Below, in pieces: positions 28,115 to 37,667 of a DNA stretch of 64,000 nt. The translations under genes were made by a program, and so were the position numbers. Position 1 is the stretch's first letter. Each line of letters opens with the position of its first letter. The stretch is from a virus (taxonomy: Duplodnaviria > Caudoviricetes). Below the pieces are notes generated by a model, which saw only the letters and a program-made list of their open reading frames with translations, had not been told where the DNA came from and searched no databases. The stretch lies in IMG/VR virus record IMGVR_UViG_3300029288_000057, positions 64,001 to 128,000 of that record. One strand, 5' to 3'.

Positions 28115-28312
28115 TTAAATGTTTATAAGCTTTTCTTTAAGGTCATACCCAATACGCATCCATGTGCTTCTTAATTGTTCCTGCGATTGGTCATATCTCG
28201 TGTTGTTTACTTTTGGCGCTATTACACAAATTGCTCCTATGATGGACAGTGCCAGGACAAGTGTAAAAATCATCCAAAAAACCAATGTAATTGTAATACA
28301 AGTTGTTTTCAT
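28115..28312 (-). CDS. Small membrane protein
   Basis: One TM segment. Confidence 0.65.
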   Translation of the reverse strand: MKTTCITITLVFWMIFTLVLALSIIGAICVIAPKVNNTRYDQSQEQLRSTWMRIGYDLKEKLINI

Positions 28313-28315
28313 AAT

Positions 28316-28612
28316 TTATGAATTAACATCGTTTTCAAGCTGATTGAATCTTTTCAAATCCGATTCTTCCTTGCGCTTTTTAACCTCTTCTATAAATAAA
28401 GAATACAATTCTTTGTACTCCTTTTTCGTTAATGGCACTATGGCATTGGAATACTTAAGACACTTGTTGTCTTCCCCTATAATTTCAATGGTGTGATTGC
28501 CATATAAAACGGCTACTTTTTTATGAGAAGAGTAGAATCTTGTACTCAACACAGACCTTTTATTTTCGATTAAAGCTTTAAGAATTCTAACTGCTTTTTC
28601 TTTTTCAATCAT
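28316..28612 (-). CDS. Hypothetical protein
   Basis: ORF. Confidence 0.7.
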   Translation of the reverse strand: MIEKEKAVRILKALIENKRSVLSTRFYSSHKKVAVLYGNHTIEIIGEDNKCLKYSNAIVPLTKKEYKELYSLFIEEVKKRKEESDLKRFNQLENDVNS

Positions 28613-28616
28613 GATT

Positions 28617-29528
28617 TTAAATTTTATTATTTCTAACTGAGTCTTTTATTTCAATGTAAATGGGTGAAGCCCCAGCGTACTTTTCTACAACATCGAGCTT
28701 TATCTGTTCTATAACGTTTTCGATTTCATAAGCGTGAACCTCATCTTCAATATCCAATGACAAAAGTAACATAAATTTTTCTTTCCCAATAAACATTGTT
28801 TGAATTTTATTTATGTGTTTGACGATTGAGTATTCATGAATTATAGATTTTATGTCAGCACGAACTTCTCTTGGCACACTTTCTCCAACCATAAGCTTTC
28901 TGAGTTCATTAGAGAGCGTATAAGAGATGATAATAAGGATTGAGCCCACAAGTATTGACCCGATGGCATCGAAGATTGGGGACACTGTAAATGCCAAAAT
29001 CGTCGTAATAAGAACAACAATTAATCCCAATAGCGCAGCAAAATCTTCCAACAATATAACCATAAGATTTGTATTGCTCATGGCAATTATGGTTTTATAC
29101 AGTGATTCTTTATGTTTAAGTTGATTATATGCAACTCTAAAGGAGTTAAATTCTATTACAATAGCAATACTCAACACAACGAATGCCCACACCACGTTTT
29201 GTATTGGCTCAGGATTAATCAGCTTATGAACTCCTTCGTATACGGAAAATCCCCCTCCCACAAAGAACAATAAAATAGCGACCATAAAACCCCAGAAGTA
29301 TTCTTCCTTTCCATATCCGAAAGAGTGTTGTTCGGTGGGGACTTTTTTTGTTCTTTTATTTCCTATGAGCAAGAATATTTGATTAAAGCAGTCTGCGGTT
29401 GAATGGATAGCCTCGGCCATCATTGCGGCGCTGAACGTTATAATAGCAACAATGAATTTGATAACGGTGATAATAAAATTCCCTGCTAATGCTACGAATA
29501 CTGCTTTTAATGAGTTTGCTTGTGACAT
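28617..29528 (-). CDS. Cation diffusion facilitator (CDF) transporter
   Basis: AEAIHSTAD, HSFGYGKEEYFW, LLEDFAA, six TM plus cytosolic domain. Confidence 0.92.
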   Translation of the reverse strand: MSQANSLKAVFVALAGNFIITVIKFIVAIITFSAAMMAEAIHSTADCFNQIFLLIGNKRTKKVPTEQHSFGYGKEEYFWGFMVAILLFFVGGGFSVYEGVHKLINPEPIQNVVWAFVVLSIAIVIEFNSFRVAYNQLKHKESLYKTIIAMSNTNLMVILLEDFAALLGLIVVLITTILAFTVSPIFDAIGSILVGSILIIISYTLSNELRKLMVGESVPREVRADIKSIIHEYSIVKHINKIQTMFIGKEKFMLLLSLDIEDEVHAYEIENVIEQIKLDVVEKYAGASPIYIEIKDSVRNNKI

Positions 29529-29806
29529 TATTTTTTAACTATTTTATATCCGTTGTTTTCGAGTTCCATAAGAATTACTCTCGCTTCTTTATTATAACTT
29601 CCTTCTCCAGAGTCGGCATGCTTTAAGCAGGCGCCTGCGATTATTTTAACTACTTCAAACTTTGGATAAAATGGCGCTATTTTTTGCGGAGCATTATCCT
29701 CAGCATTTAATGCTAATAGAACTCCCTGGTAAATTCCAGAATAAAAATCTTTTGTGCAAGGCTTGCACTGGTCAGCAATCATTTTTGCTTTTTTTTCGTT
29801 TGTCAT
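29528..29806 (-). CDS. Hypothetical protein
   Basis: ORF. Confidence 0.65.
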   Translation of the reverse strand: MTNEKKAKMIADQCKPCTKDFYSGIYQGVLLALNAEDNAPQKIAPFYPKFEVVKIIAGACLKHADSGEGSYNKEARVILMELENNGYKIVKK

Positions 29807-29813
29807 AGGTTGT

Positions 29814-30422
29814 TTATTTGTGGTAATCTTCTTTATATTTCATGGACCAAGATGGGTTTGGCCTGTACATTGTGTTGTACAAATAGTCATAAACTTGTTT
29901 CCAGTCTGTTTCTGGATTAAATCCTGCTTTATCTTCAAAGAGTACATTAAAATACATTTTCTTGTAATAATATCCGAATGACCCTTTTGAGTCTGTGATT
30001 TCTGGATTTTCGTTTATGTATTTAAAATCAATTCCATCTTTTTTAAATTGCTCATTGTAAAATTCAATTTCTTGTGGATATGAAGAAGTAAACATGATGA
30101 TGATAGTATCAGGTCTTTTAGATAAAAGCTGCATGGTTTCTTTTGCATATGGATAATAGACAACTTCTTTTACAGTTTTTCTATAATCTGGTTTACATAT
30201 GGTACCGTGCACATCAAATACCCAATATGTTTCAAACCACTGTTTCTTTTCAGCGTGTTCAAACATAGTTTTAATCCAGGTAAGAATTTGTGGCGTGGAT
30301 TCTTTTTGTTCTAATTCTTTAATTTTCTTTTCTAACCAGCCTATGTATCTAGCTGGATAATAAGCTCCACTTAACATCAAAATGCTACCTGTATCCTTTT
30401 CAAATTCTTCTTTTAAGCCCAT
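29814..30422 (-). CDS. HAD-superfamily phosphatase-like protein
   Basis: VFDVHGTI, FTSS, FEDKAGF. Confidence 0.65.
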   Translation of the reverse strand: MGLKEEFEKDTGSILMLSGAYYPARYIGWLEKKIKELEQKESTPQILTWIKTMFEHAEKKQWFETYWVFDVHGTICKPDYRKTVKEVVYYPYAKETMQLLSKRPDTIIIMFTSSYPQEIEFYNEQFKKDGIDFKYINENPEITDSKGSFGYYYKKMYFNVLFEDKAGFNPETDWKQVYDYLYNTMYRPNPSWSMKYKEDYHK

Positions 30423-32095
30423 TATTTTTTGTTAACTAAATACAAGTTTTTTGAATCATTTAATAATATACCAGCCTTCGTGTAGAAAACTTGAGTAGTT
30501 TCGTCAACCAAACTACATTTAAACTTAGCCAGCGGCTGCATATCCTCATTTCTAAGGAATATTAGCTGGTTGTCTTCTGGCATGATAATATAATTGTTCG
30601 GATTGTATCCAAAATGTCTTATGGATGATAGTGGATATGAATATTTGTCTACATTCAGTCCATTTATCTTAAACAAGTTGAATTCTACTTTTCCATTCTT
30701 TATTGTTTGGGCAATTCCTACATTTCCGTTCTGATAAACATCACTTAGCACTTCATCATATATGATTGTGTCCAGATTATCATTTGTGTTAAATCTCAGA
30801 TATGTGTTCTTTCCGAAATTTTGTATCATTCCATTGTACTTTTTAAAGCTGCTTCCGAACACTTCTTTTGTTCTGAATTTAATATGAGTTCCAACAGTTT
30901 CGTCGAGGAAAATAGTAAACATTTTATCTTTTTCAATCACAACAAATATGTTCCCATATTGTTTGGCCATCACCATATCTTCAATGCCCATATCATCCAT
31001 TTCAATTCTTTGAAAGGTATTTAAGTCGTATTTGAAAAACTTTTTGTTTTCAAAAACAAACAATCCCTTATCGGTTGGTAGCGGTGCCATGTCCTTGCTT
31101 GTTCTTGGTATTCTTCCAAGCTCCTTGTAATAACTTTTGTCTTTTAAACTATAAACGACTATTTCGTCTTTAAGAGCCACACAAGCCATGTTGTTACTGC
31201 AATTGACATATCGAATTTCAACATTGTTTAGCATTGGTGTAATTGTTAATTCTCCTTCTTTTTCTACAACCTTATCAATGTTAATTACGTGGATTGTCTG
31301 AGTTGCAGCGTCAAGACTTAATATAAATCTTTCTCCATCTTTAAATATTCTTGTAAACTGTTCCATCAAATTCTTATCCTGTAATGGATGATAACATTTT
31401 GGAACAATCAGGTCTTTATCATTGTCAAAGACTGTGATTTTGTGAATTGCACGTTCAGGAAGGCTTTTGTATTTTGAATGTGTTCCTTTGTAGGGATGTA
31501 TGTTTGTTAAGAAATTAAACACTACAACTGCCAAGGCGTAGTAATCACTTTCTTTACTAATTTTTCCAAAGTTTAAATGGTCTCTGATGTCGTCCAATAA
31601 TTTACCAGAATGAACGGTTCCTGGGGTTTGATAAGAGTCTGTATCAATAAAAAATGTAGTTCCAGAATCATTCATCATAATGTTAAATGGATTAAAATCT
31701 CCAATAACAATTTGCTTTGCATGTACAGAATTGATGCTTTCTATAAGCGTCCTTACTACTTTTATTTTAATTTTGTCTGTTAATCCTTTTGTGTTGCAGA
31801 AATTATAGCTATAGGCCGAATATAAAGGAAAAAAATCCTGAGACAATTTCTTCATTATGAAACCTGCTATTTTTTTATTTTTGTTAAAAAGAAGTTCTTC
31901 GGGTTTTATAAAAATTGAGCCGTCTAATGCAGAAAGACAGTCAAGTTTTTTTTCAGTGAACAATGGGTTTATTTGATGATAGACTTTAGCAACCTTTCCT
32001 TTGCCCATATCTATAATCATTCCTTCTCCGCCTCTGGCAATTTCCTTGCTTTCGTTTATGTTAACGACGTCTCCAACTTTATTGAACAGCTTCAT
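30422..32095 (-). CDS. Ser/Thr protein kinase (TerY-P triad type) with beta-rich C-terminus
   Basis: ARGGEG, VAKVY, IGDFNPFNIM, IDTDS. Confidence 0.88.
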   Translation of the reverse strand: MKLFNKVGDVVNINESKEIARGGEGMIIDMGKGKVAKVYHQINPLFTEKKLDCLSALDGSIFIKPEELLFNKNKKIAGFIMKKLSQDFFPLYSAYSYNFCNTKGLTDKIKIKVVRTLIESINSVHAKQIVIGDFNPFNIMMNDSGTTFFIDTDSYQTPGTVHSGKLLDDIRDHLNFGKISKESDYYALAVVVFNFLTNIHPYKGTHSKYKSLPERAIHKITVFDNDKDLIVPKCYHPLQDKNLMEQFTRIFKDGERFILSLDAATQTIHVINIDKVVEKEGELTITPMLNNVEIRYVNCSNNMACVALKDEIVVYSLKDKSYYKELGRIPRTSKDMAPLPTDKGLFVFENKKFFKYDLNTFQRIEMDDMGIEDMVMAKQYGNIFVVIEKDKMFTIFLDETVGTHIKFRTKEVFGSSFKKYNGMIQNFGKNTYLRFNTNDNLDTIIYDEVLSDVYQNGNVGIAQTIKNGKVEFNLFKINGLNVDKYSYPLSSIRHFGYNPNNYIIMPEDNQLIFLRNEDMQPLAKFKCSLVDETTQVFYTKAGILLNDSKNLYLVNKK

Positions 32096-32864
32096 TTTCG
32101 TCTTCTATAATTTCTACAAAAGTTATATGCGCAATAGACAAATCATCACTTGGGGCAATGTTTTTGTCGTCAAGAATATTGCAAATTCTTGCAAGTCCTA
32201 TTTTGTTGTTTAAAAGAAAACCACTTTCGAAAAAACGTTTTATTATTTCGTCCTTTTCGTCATCAGTTATATATCTGTTCTCATCATAATTTCTAAATGA
32301 ATCAATTCCATCACTCATTACAGCAATGGTTTTTTCAATTTTAAAATTATATTTGTAAACATTGTTTTTCCACACATCTGAGAATAGGCTTGTCAAATAA
32401 TAAGCAATGTAGTCTGGCGCATTCTCATTGGTTGGTTTTATTGTGTGAATTTTCCCGTCAATGTAAATACTTCCATCTCCAACAATAATTGAATATGACT
32501 GTTTTGTTTTTAAGTTTACAGCAGATAGTACTATTGTTGAGAGTATTTCGGTTAAATCAAGCACAAAATAATTGAATGAGTATCTCAGTTCATTAAAAAA
32601 CAATTCAATTAAAGTGTGCACAACATCTTCCAAGTTTGATTCTTCGTTTATGCTTTCAAGAAAAGTTTTGTGTTGAATGGCTATTTTCTTGAATATTTTT
32701 GCAAAAAGTCCAGACGCAAAATATGAATCTCTCCCAGTAGAACAGCCATCAAATACAATGATGACTGCGATTTGATTGTAAGAGAAGACGAGGGATTCGT
32801 CTTCACACCTGTGGGCGTGAGCTCTCCCTCGTCTTGTTACTTGCCGTGATTTAACTTCAAACAT
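32079..32864 (-). CDS. PP2C-like protein phosphatase
   Basis: GRAH...CEDE, VFDGCS, VGDG, MSDG, DDLS. Confidence 0.88.
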   Translation of the reverse strand: MFEVKSRQVTRRGRAHAHRCEDESLVFSYNQIAVIIVFDGCSTGRDSYFASGLFAKIFKKIAIQHKTFLESINEESNLEDVVHTLIELFFNELRYSFNYFVLDLTEILSTIVLSAVNLKTKQSYSIIVGDGSIYIDGKIHTIKPTNENAPDYIAYYLTSLFSDVWKNNVYKYNFKIEKTIAVMSDGIDSFRNYDENRYITDDEKDEIIKRFFESGFLLNNKIGLARICNILDDKNIAPSDDLSIAHITFVEIIEDENEAVQ

Positions 32865-32867
32865 TTT

Positions 32868-33566
32868 TTAGAAGTTTAAATTCTGAGAAATGTTCTGGCC
32901 GTTTGAAACGCTTGTCACAGAACTGCTGATGATAGCAACAGCTTTTCTGATGTTGTCACCAAGAACTGCTAAAGACTGAAATCCCAAAGCGTCAAATGCT
33001 TCTTTGAAATACTGGTCTTCACCAATTCCCAACAGGACAGAAGAGAATGTCATAATGTTCTGCTCTTCTTTGTTCAGTTCAATCAGTTTGTCTTTCACAT
33101 ACTGAGCATCTGAGTCAGGAGAGGCATTGTTTTCGCCGTCAGTAATTACAAAAAGAATAGTTTTTGCTTTTACGCCAGTTTTCTGGAGAGAATCTCTGTA
33201 ATCAATTGCCTTGTCCAAAGCCATTCTTGCAGCTGCGTATAATGCAGTTGCACCGTTTCTTGGAGACAGTTTGAATTCTTCAACTTCTGTTACTGGCTGA
33301 AACCCTGTGAGAACTTCAACATCATTATCAAAAACAATAGTTGATATTAACAACCTGTCTTTAACATGGCTTTTTGACATATTTTCAACGAATTCATTGG
33401 CTGCTTTATTCAGCTCTTCACACCTTGTGGTGCTCAAACTTGTAACCCGCTGAGACATAGACCCAGATAGGTCAAATGCAAATACTGCATTTATCGTTTC
33501 TTCGACTTCAATGTTTTCAGGATTAAAATCCGCATCTCCGCCAAAATCAAATTTAACTTTTTCCAT
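32868..33566 (-). CDS. vWA domain protein (TerY-like)
   Basis: DLSGSM MIDAS, GATALY, VITDG. Confidence 0.88.
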   Translation of the reverse strand: MEKVKFDFGGDADFNPENIEVEETINAVFAFDLSGSMSQRVTSLSTTRCEELNKAANEFVENMSKSHVKDRLLISTIVFDNDVEVLTGFQPVTEVEEFKLSPRNGATALYAAARMALDKAIDYRDSLQKTGVKAKTILFVITDGENNASPDSDAQYVKDKLIELNKEEQNIMTFSSVLLGIGEDQYFKEAFDALGFQSLAVLGDNIRKAVAIISSSVTSVSNGQNISQNLNF

Positions 33567-33585
33567 TTTTTTTGAATTAAGGGGT

Positions 33586-34395
33586 TTATAAAATGTCGTC
33601 TGTGCTTTTGACGAACTTGATTCCTAATGCTTTTGCCTCATCGTAAATTGGTTGTGCCAATTTTTCGAATGTAACCCCAGGGGCAACTTCTCCTGGAACA
33701 GGGGACATACAGTCTTCGAGAATAACGAATTTCTTAGCAAGAGCTTCGTCAAACTTCATAGCCTGTTTCAATGAGGTAGCTGTACAATGTGTTTTAGCTT
33801 CACCTGCAAAATAAACGACATCATAATCGTTAAGAATTTTTGCAAGTCTGTCATTAAACTGAGTTCCATCTTCTCCTGGAATTGGAATGTTTGCCTGGAA
33901 AACTCCGAAATGCTCAGTTAAAGGATGAACGCCTTTTTTTACAATCTTATGGAACAAACATTCTGATGTTGACCAGTCTTTTACTGCATCCATAAGTACG
34001 GGGAAGATTGCTGCGCCTTCACTTCCATCAACACAATGGACTGGCCATATGCAATGTGGAAATTCTCCTTGTGTTGCAAGGTCTTCTAAATATTTAAGAG
34101 CTGCTTGTGGATAAAACCTTGGAGTCCATATTCCACTTTTCACATCTTCCACAGAAATAATGGTAAATGGATTTGGAAACTTTCCTTCTTTATCCTGCCA
34201 AAATGCTGGATGGCTGATGTCAATAACCATATGGCTGTCCTGAGTTAATCCAATGTAGCCGATTTTGGATTTGTTTCTTGTAATAAAGCTAGCAAGACGT
34301 TCCATGTCTTTATCCGCTCCTGGGACTGAAAGAGCACCAGTTGGTTTGCAGAAGTCATTCTGCCCATCAATAATTAAAACTGCAATTTTTTTCAT
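33586..34395 (-). CDS. pncA: Nicotinamidase
   Basis: IIDGQNDFC, QDSH, WPVHC, GEAKTHC. Confidence 0.85.
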   Translation of the reverse strand: MKKIAVLIIDGQNDFCKPTGALSVPGADKDMERLASFITRNKSKIGYIGLTQDSHMVIDISHPAFWQDKEGKFPNPFTIISVEDVKSGIWTPRFYPQAALKYLEDLATQGEFPHCIWPVHCVDGSEGAAIFPVLMDAVKDWSTSECLFHKIVKKGVHPLTEHFGVFQANIPIPGEDGTQFNDRLAKILNDYDVVYFAGEAKTHCTATSLKQAMKFDEALAKKFVILEDCMSPVPGEVAPGVTFEKLAQPIYDEAKALGIKFVKSTDDIL

Positions 34396-34429
34396 TGTAA
34401 TAAATTTTAAAGTTAATATTTTTTTAACC

Positions 34430-34456
34430 TATACGAGAAAAAACGAAAAATGTTAT
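34430..34456 (-). promoter_or_regulatory. ECF-like promoter (AAC-N16-CGTATA) heading the pncA operon
   Basis: Same 16-nt spacing at 6559, 25215, 36705, 36742(+), 40369, 42991, 49825. Confidence 0.65.
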
Positions 34457-34457
34457 A

Positions 34458-34487
34458 AAAAAGCCCCAAAATATTTCGGGGCTTTTG
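34458..34487. terminator. Intrinsic terminator
   Basis: AAAAGCCCC...GGGGCTTTT. Confidence 0.75.
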
Positions 34488-35723
34488 TTATTTTATTTCT
34501 GACGTGTCAGAATTTGTGGTATCATCTTTTTTTTCTGGGGCGTCTCCTGTTGTGTATTTATCATAAAAGACTCCATATACATACACACGATTAAAGTTGT
34601 CTTTCACTCCATAAAGCAATATGTTTGGCTGTCTTGGGAAATCAACTCCGTACATAATAATTTGTGGAGAAACAACCGCATACATTACCACAGCATAATC
34701 TTGAATTTGTGGTCTTGGGTTTTCTTTGACGATTTCTTCTATAAATTTTTTCCAATCTTTTTCTTTTTCAATTGGAATTTCAATAAATTCACGTCCAGCA
34801 AAAATATCGGTTTTTTGTTGTAAACATTTATTGTCGCAGGCATCCTTACAACATTTAAAGATTCCGAATCTTTGTTCCTTAAATGAGTTAATCCATATTT
34901 GTTCGAGGGGAGTTATTAAAATATTGATGAGCTCTCCAAAATCTTTTGTCCAGCTTCTCATTGAGAGACACGGGATAACCTTTCCGTCATAAGTGATTCC
35001 AAGAGATGATATTCCAGCTCCGCATGGCATATCGTTTCTTATATTATCAGAAAGAATTATTCTTGCTCCACTTTTTTCTACCTTTTCCTTAAGAACATTA
35101 AACGCAGCTTCGTTGTCTGGATGGTATAATGCGAGCGGGTTGTTTGGGTCATCATAAACAGTAAATTGAATAGTCCACATTTTGTTGTTTTTTTTCACGA
35201 ACTCTTCAATTGAATCAAAAATATAAAGGTTTTGAATATTAAAATTTGTAATTACTGTATAATTTTCGAATTTTTCTCTTTGTGTGGGTGTTTCCGTTTC
35301 TACTACAAGAACATCAGGAGATACAAATTTTGGATTTAATAATTCTTTTATTTTTTCCAATTCAGAACTTGTGTTTACAGAAATCCCTGTCCAATCGTAT
35401 TTTTTAAGAATTTCAAATGTGGCTGAGTTGGATGAGTCTCCAAGAGAATTAGGATTTACCAAGATTTTACAAACAATATTCTTTTCTTTGAATATCTTTA
35501 GGATTTCTTCATGCATGGAAATGCTCAAAAGAAGCGGGTCTCCTCCACTAATATTAATTTCTTCTGGGGGATATTCAGCAATGGCTTTCGCAATTTTAAG
35601 AATTGTTTCATTATCAGTTTTTGTGTTTCTGACAGATTTGGAACCACAATAAGTGCATCCGTTTTTACACTCTCCTGTAATCTCCCAGATAATTTCTCTG
35701 AGTTTAATGTGCTGTTGTTGCAT
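34488..35723 (-). CDS. Radical SAM/SPASM enzyme (splicease-like) with C-terminal XYG/XYA repeat tail
   Basis: WEITGECKNGCTYCGS, SGGDP, CGAGISSLGITYDGKVIPCLS; tail DYAV/MYAV/MYGV/LYGV/VYGV. Confidence 0.85.
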   Translation of the reverse strand: MQQQHIKLREIIWEITGECKNGCTYCGSKSVRNTKTDNETILKIAKAIAEYPPEEINISGGDPLLLSISMHEEILKIFKEKNIVCKILVNPNSLGDSSNSATFEILKKYDWTGISVNTSSELEKIKELLNPKFVSPDVLVVETETPTQREKFENYTVITNFNIQNLYIFDSIEEFVKKNNKMWTIQFTVYDDPNNPLALYHPDNEAAFNVLKEKVEKSGARIILSDNIRNDMPCGAGISSLGITYDGKVIPCLSMRSWTKDFGELINILITPLEQIWINSFKEQRFGIFKCCKDACDNKCLQQKTDIFAGREFIEIPIEKEKDWKKFIEEIVKENPRPQIQDYAVVMYAVVSPQIIMYGVDFPRQPNILLYGVKDNFNRVYVYGVFYDKYTTGDAPEKKDDTTNSDTSEIK

Positions 35724-35737
35724 AATTTTAAATTATT

Positions 35738-36196
35738 TTATTGTTGTCTACCGCTAATGTCTACGGTAGGGTGACATGCTTCAATAATAAACAACCTTCC
35801 TGGTTCTTCTCTGAGACACAATTCTAGCCTTTTGTCCTCTAAACAGCAGAGCCAGCTTTCTTTGCCATTATAATCGTATTTTTTTACCAACAATTGTTCA
35901 ACATAACTTCTACTAAGATTATAATAAATTACGGTAAACGATATACAAGTATCATTCTTAAAATAACAACTTATTATTCTAAAATTACTTATATCATGTA
36001 CAATCATTTTGCTTTCTTTTTTTAGACTCCTTGTTTCAAGAAAAACATCTTTCTTTTCCCACATTTCTGTTGAATCTGGGCTCATTACATATAGTTCATT
36101 GGCTATAATTTGAAATGAGCTTTTCCCAATGTAGTTTTGGGAAAAAATTAAAGTTGTACAAAAAAGCACAATTAAGAGTAAAATAATTTTTTTCAT
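35738..36196 (-). CDS. Secreted hypothetical protein
   Basis: Bacteroidota-style signal peptide MKKIILLL...FSQ; TATATTTG promoter at 36224. Confidence 0.7.
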   Translation of the reverse strand: MKKIILLLIVLFCTTLIFSQNYIGKSSFQIIANELYVMSPDSTEMWEKKDVFLETRSLKKESKMIVHDISNFRIISCYFKNDTCISFTVIYYNLSRSYVEQLLVKKYDYNGKESWLCCLEDKRLELCLREEPGRLFIIEACHPTVDISGRQQ

Positions 36197-36247
36197 TTTG
36201 TTCCTTTTTTAAGATTTGCAAAGCAAATATACAAATTCTTTTTGGAA

Positions 36248-36499
36248 CTAGATAATAATTTTTGTTGTTTTTTTTATTTCGTTTTTAACAACATCTATAT
36301 GTTGTTGATTTCCAACAACAATCAGTTTGGTTTTTTCTTTTTTCCATGGCCAAAAATGTTTTTCACTGATAACATAACACAGAATTTTGTTTTTTGAACA
36401 GAATTCGTGAAAGTCTCTTCTGAAAGACTTTGTGGCAAATTTATACATTTTAATCTCAAAAGTGGCTCTTTGTGTTTCCATATTATTAATCAGTTCCAA
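36248..36499 (-). CDS. Hypothetical protein
   Basis: ORF. Confidence 0.65.
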   Translation of the reverse strand: MELINNMETQRATFEIKMYKFATKSFRRDFHEFCSKNKILCYVISEKHFWPWKKEKTKLIVVGNQQHIDVVKNEIKKTTKIII

Positions 36500-36683
36500 G
36501 TTGGATGAGTAAACGAATTAACGTAATTGACATTACAATAATTGCTATAGGTAAGCAACTCCACGTGCTGATAACCAAGATTGCTGACAACGTAAGGTTT
36601 GCATTTGCTTCACCAGATAAAATGTCGTTTATGATAGAAAAAAAGAATCCTATTCCAGCGATAATTGCGATTGCTAATATCAT
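36486..36683 (-). CDS. Small membrane protein
   Basis: Hydrophobic; ECF-like promoter 36705-36731. Confidence 0.65.
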   Translation of the reverse strand: MILAIAIIAGIGFFFSIINDILSGEANANLTLSAILVISTWSCLPIAIIVMSITLIRLLIQLGTD

Positions 36684-36776
36684 GTTTGTATAGTTTTTGT
36701 ATGCTATACGAAAAAAAAAGAAAAAAGTTACTTCATAATAAAACTTTTATTAATTTTATTCGTATAAAATAGAAGA

Positions 36777-37067
36777 ATGATAAAATGTTATCACATATCG
36801 CCCATTAGAAATAGGCAGTCCATATTAAAAAAAGGATTGGTTCCGAAAGACAATAAGGCCATGAATTATTCAAAAAAGCTTTTTTTCTCCACTGACAGAA
36901 ACAATCTGGGATTTGATTATGTTGATTATTCTAATGTTGATGTCTGGTCTTTCGTTTTACCGAAAAGTAAAATAAAAGCAGATGATAACGCATGGAAAGA
37001 ATGCTTTTGTTATATTTCAGAGAAAATTCCTGCAGAAAAGATTAAACTAGAAGAAACGATTGTTTAA
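36777..37067 (+). CDS. ADP-ribosyltransferase-fold / KptA-like small protein
   Basis: YHISP...SILKKGL...FFS...IPAEKI pattern. Confidence 0.55.
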   Translation: MIKCYHISPIRNRQSILKKGLVPKDNKAMNYSKKLFFSTDRNNLGFDYVDYSNVDVWSFVLPKSKIKADDNAWKECFCYISEKIPAEKIKLEETIV

Positions 37068-37585
37068 TAAATCTTTTTTTGTTTAATCAAATCAATATTT
37101 TTAACAAAAACATCAACCCTCATTTTTTCGATTATATTTTTCATTGAATAGCTCTTTCCGAAAAAAGCTGTTACAATTTGATTGTCTCTTACAACGGCGT
37201 ATAGTTGATTCCCGTTACTGTTTGTTTCTTTATCAATAAAGAGCATTGTTGGTCTGGTCCTTAACACGTCCTGTTTCTCTTGTTCACTAAAATATTTTAT
37301 TTGATTAGAGTCAATTGGAATATCTGATATTTTAACAGCATATGATTTGTTCTTGGGAAAATTGTAGTCTTCAACGATTTTGGTGTTTTCTATAATTTTA
37401 TTTTTTAATTCTTTTGGCAACGCATAAAGTCCCACCTCATTATATTCTCCAACTGTACCTGGAATTTCATACCCAACGGTTATTTCATCTTGATTGACCA
37501 GTCTGTTAAAAACACGAACTTCGTAGTGAATGCTTTGCATAGCTTCATTTATAATTTTTCTTATATATAATCTTAATTGATTCAT
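37064..37585 (-). CDS. Late protein with LRLYIRKIINE tag
   Basis: TATTTATT at 37594. Confidence 0.75.
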   Translation of the reverse strand: MNQLRLYIRKIINEAMQSIHYEVRVFNRLVNQDEITVGYEIPGTVGEYNEVGLYALPKELKNKIIENTKIVEDYNFPKNKSYAVKISDIPIDSNQIKYFSEQEKQDVLRTRPTMLFIDKETNSNGNQLYAVVRDNQIVTAFFGKSYSMKNIIEKMRVDVFVKNIDLIKQKKIY

Positions 37586-37617
37586 GTGCCAACAATAAAT
37601 ATTTAAAAATATAATAA

Positions 37618-37650
37618 AAAAAGCCCCCTTTTTAAAAAAAGGAGGCTTTT
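37618..37650. terminator. Intrinsic terminator
   Basis: AAAAAGCCCCCTTTTT/AAAAAGGAGGCTTTT inverted repeat. Confidence 0.7.
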
Positions 37651-37667
37651 CTTTTGATGGTTTTGTT

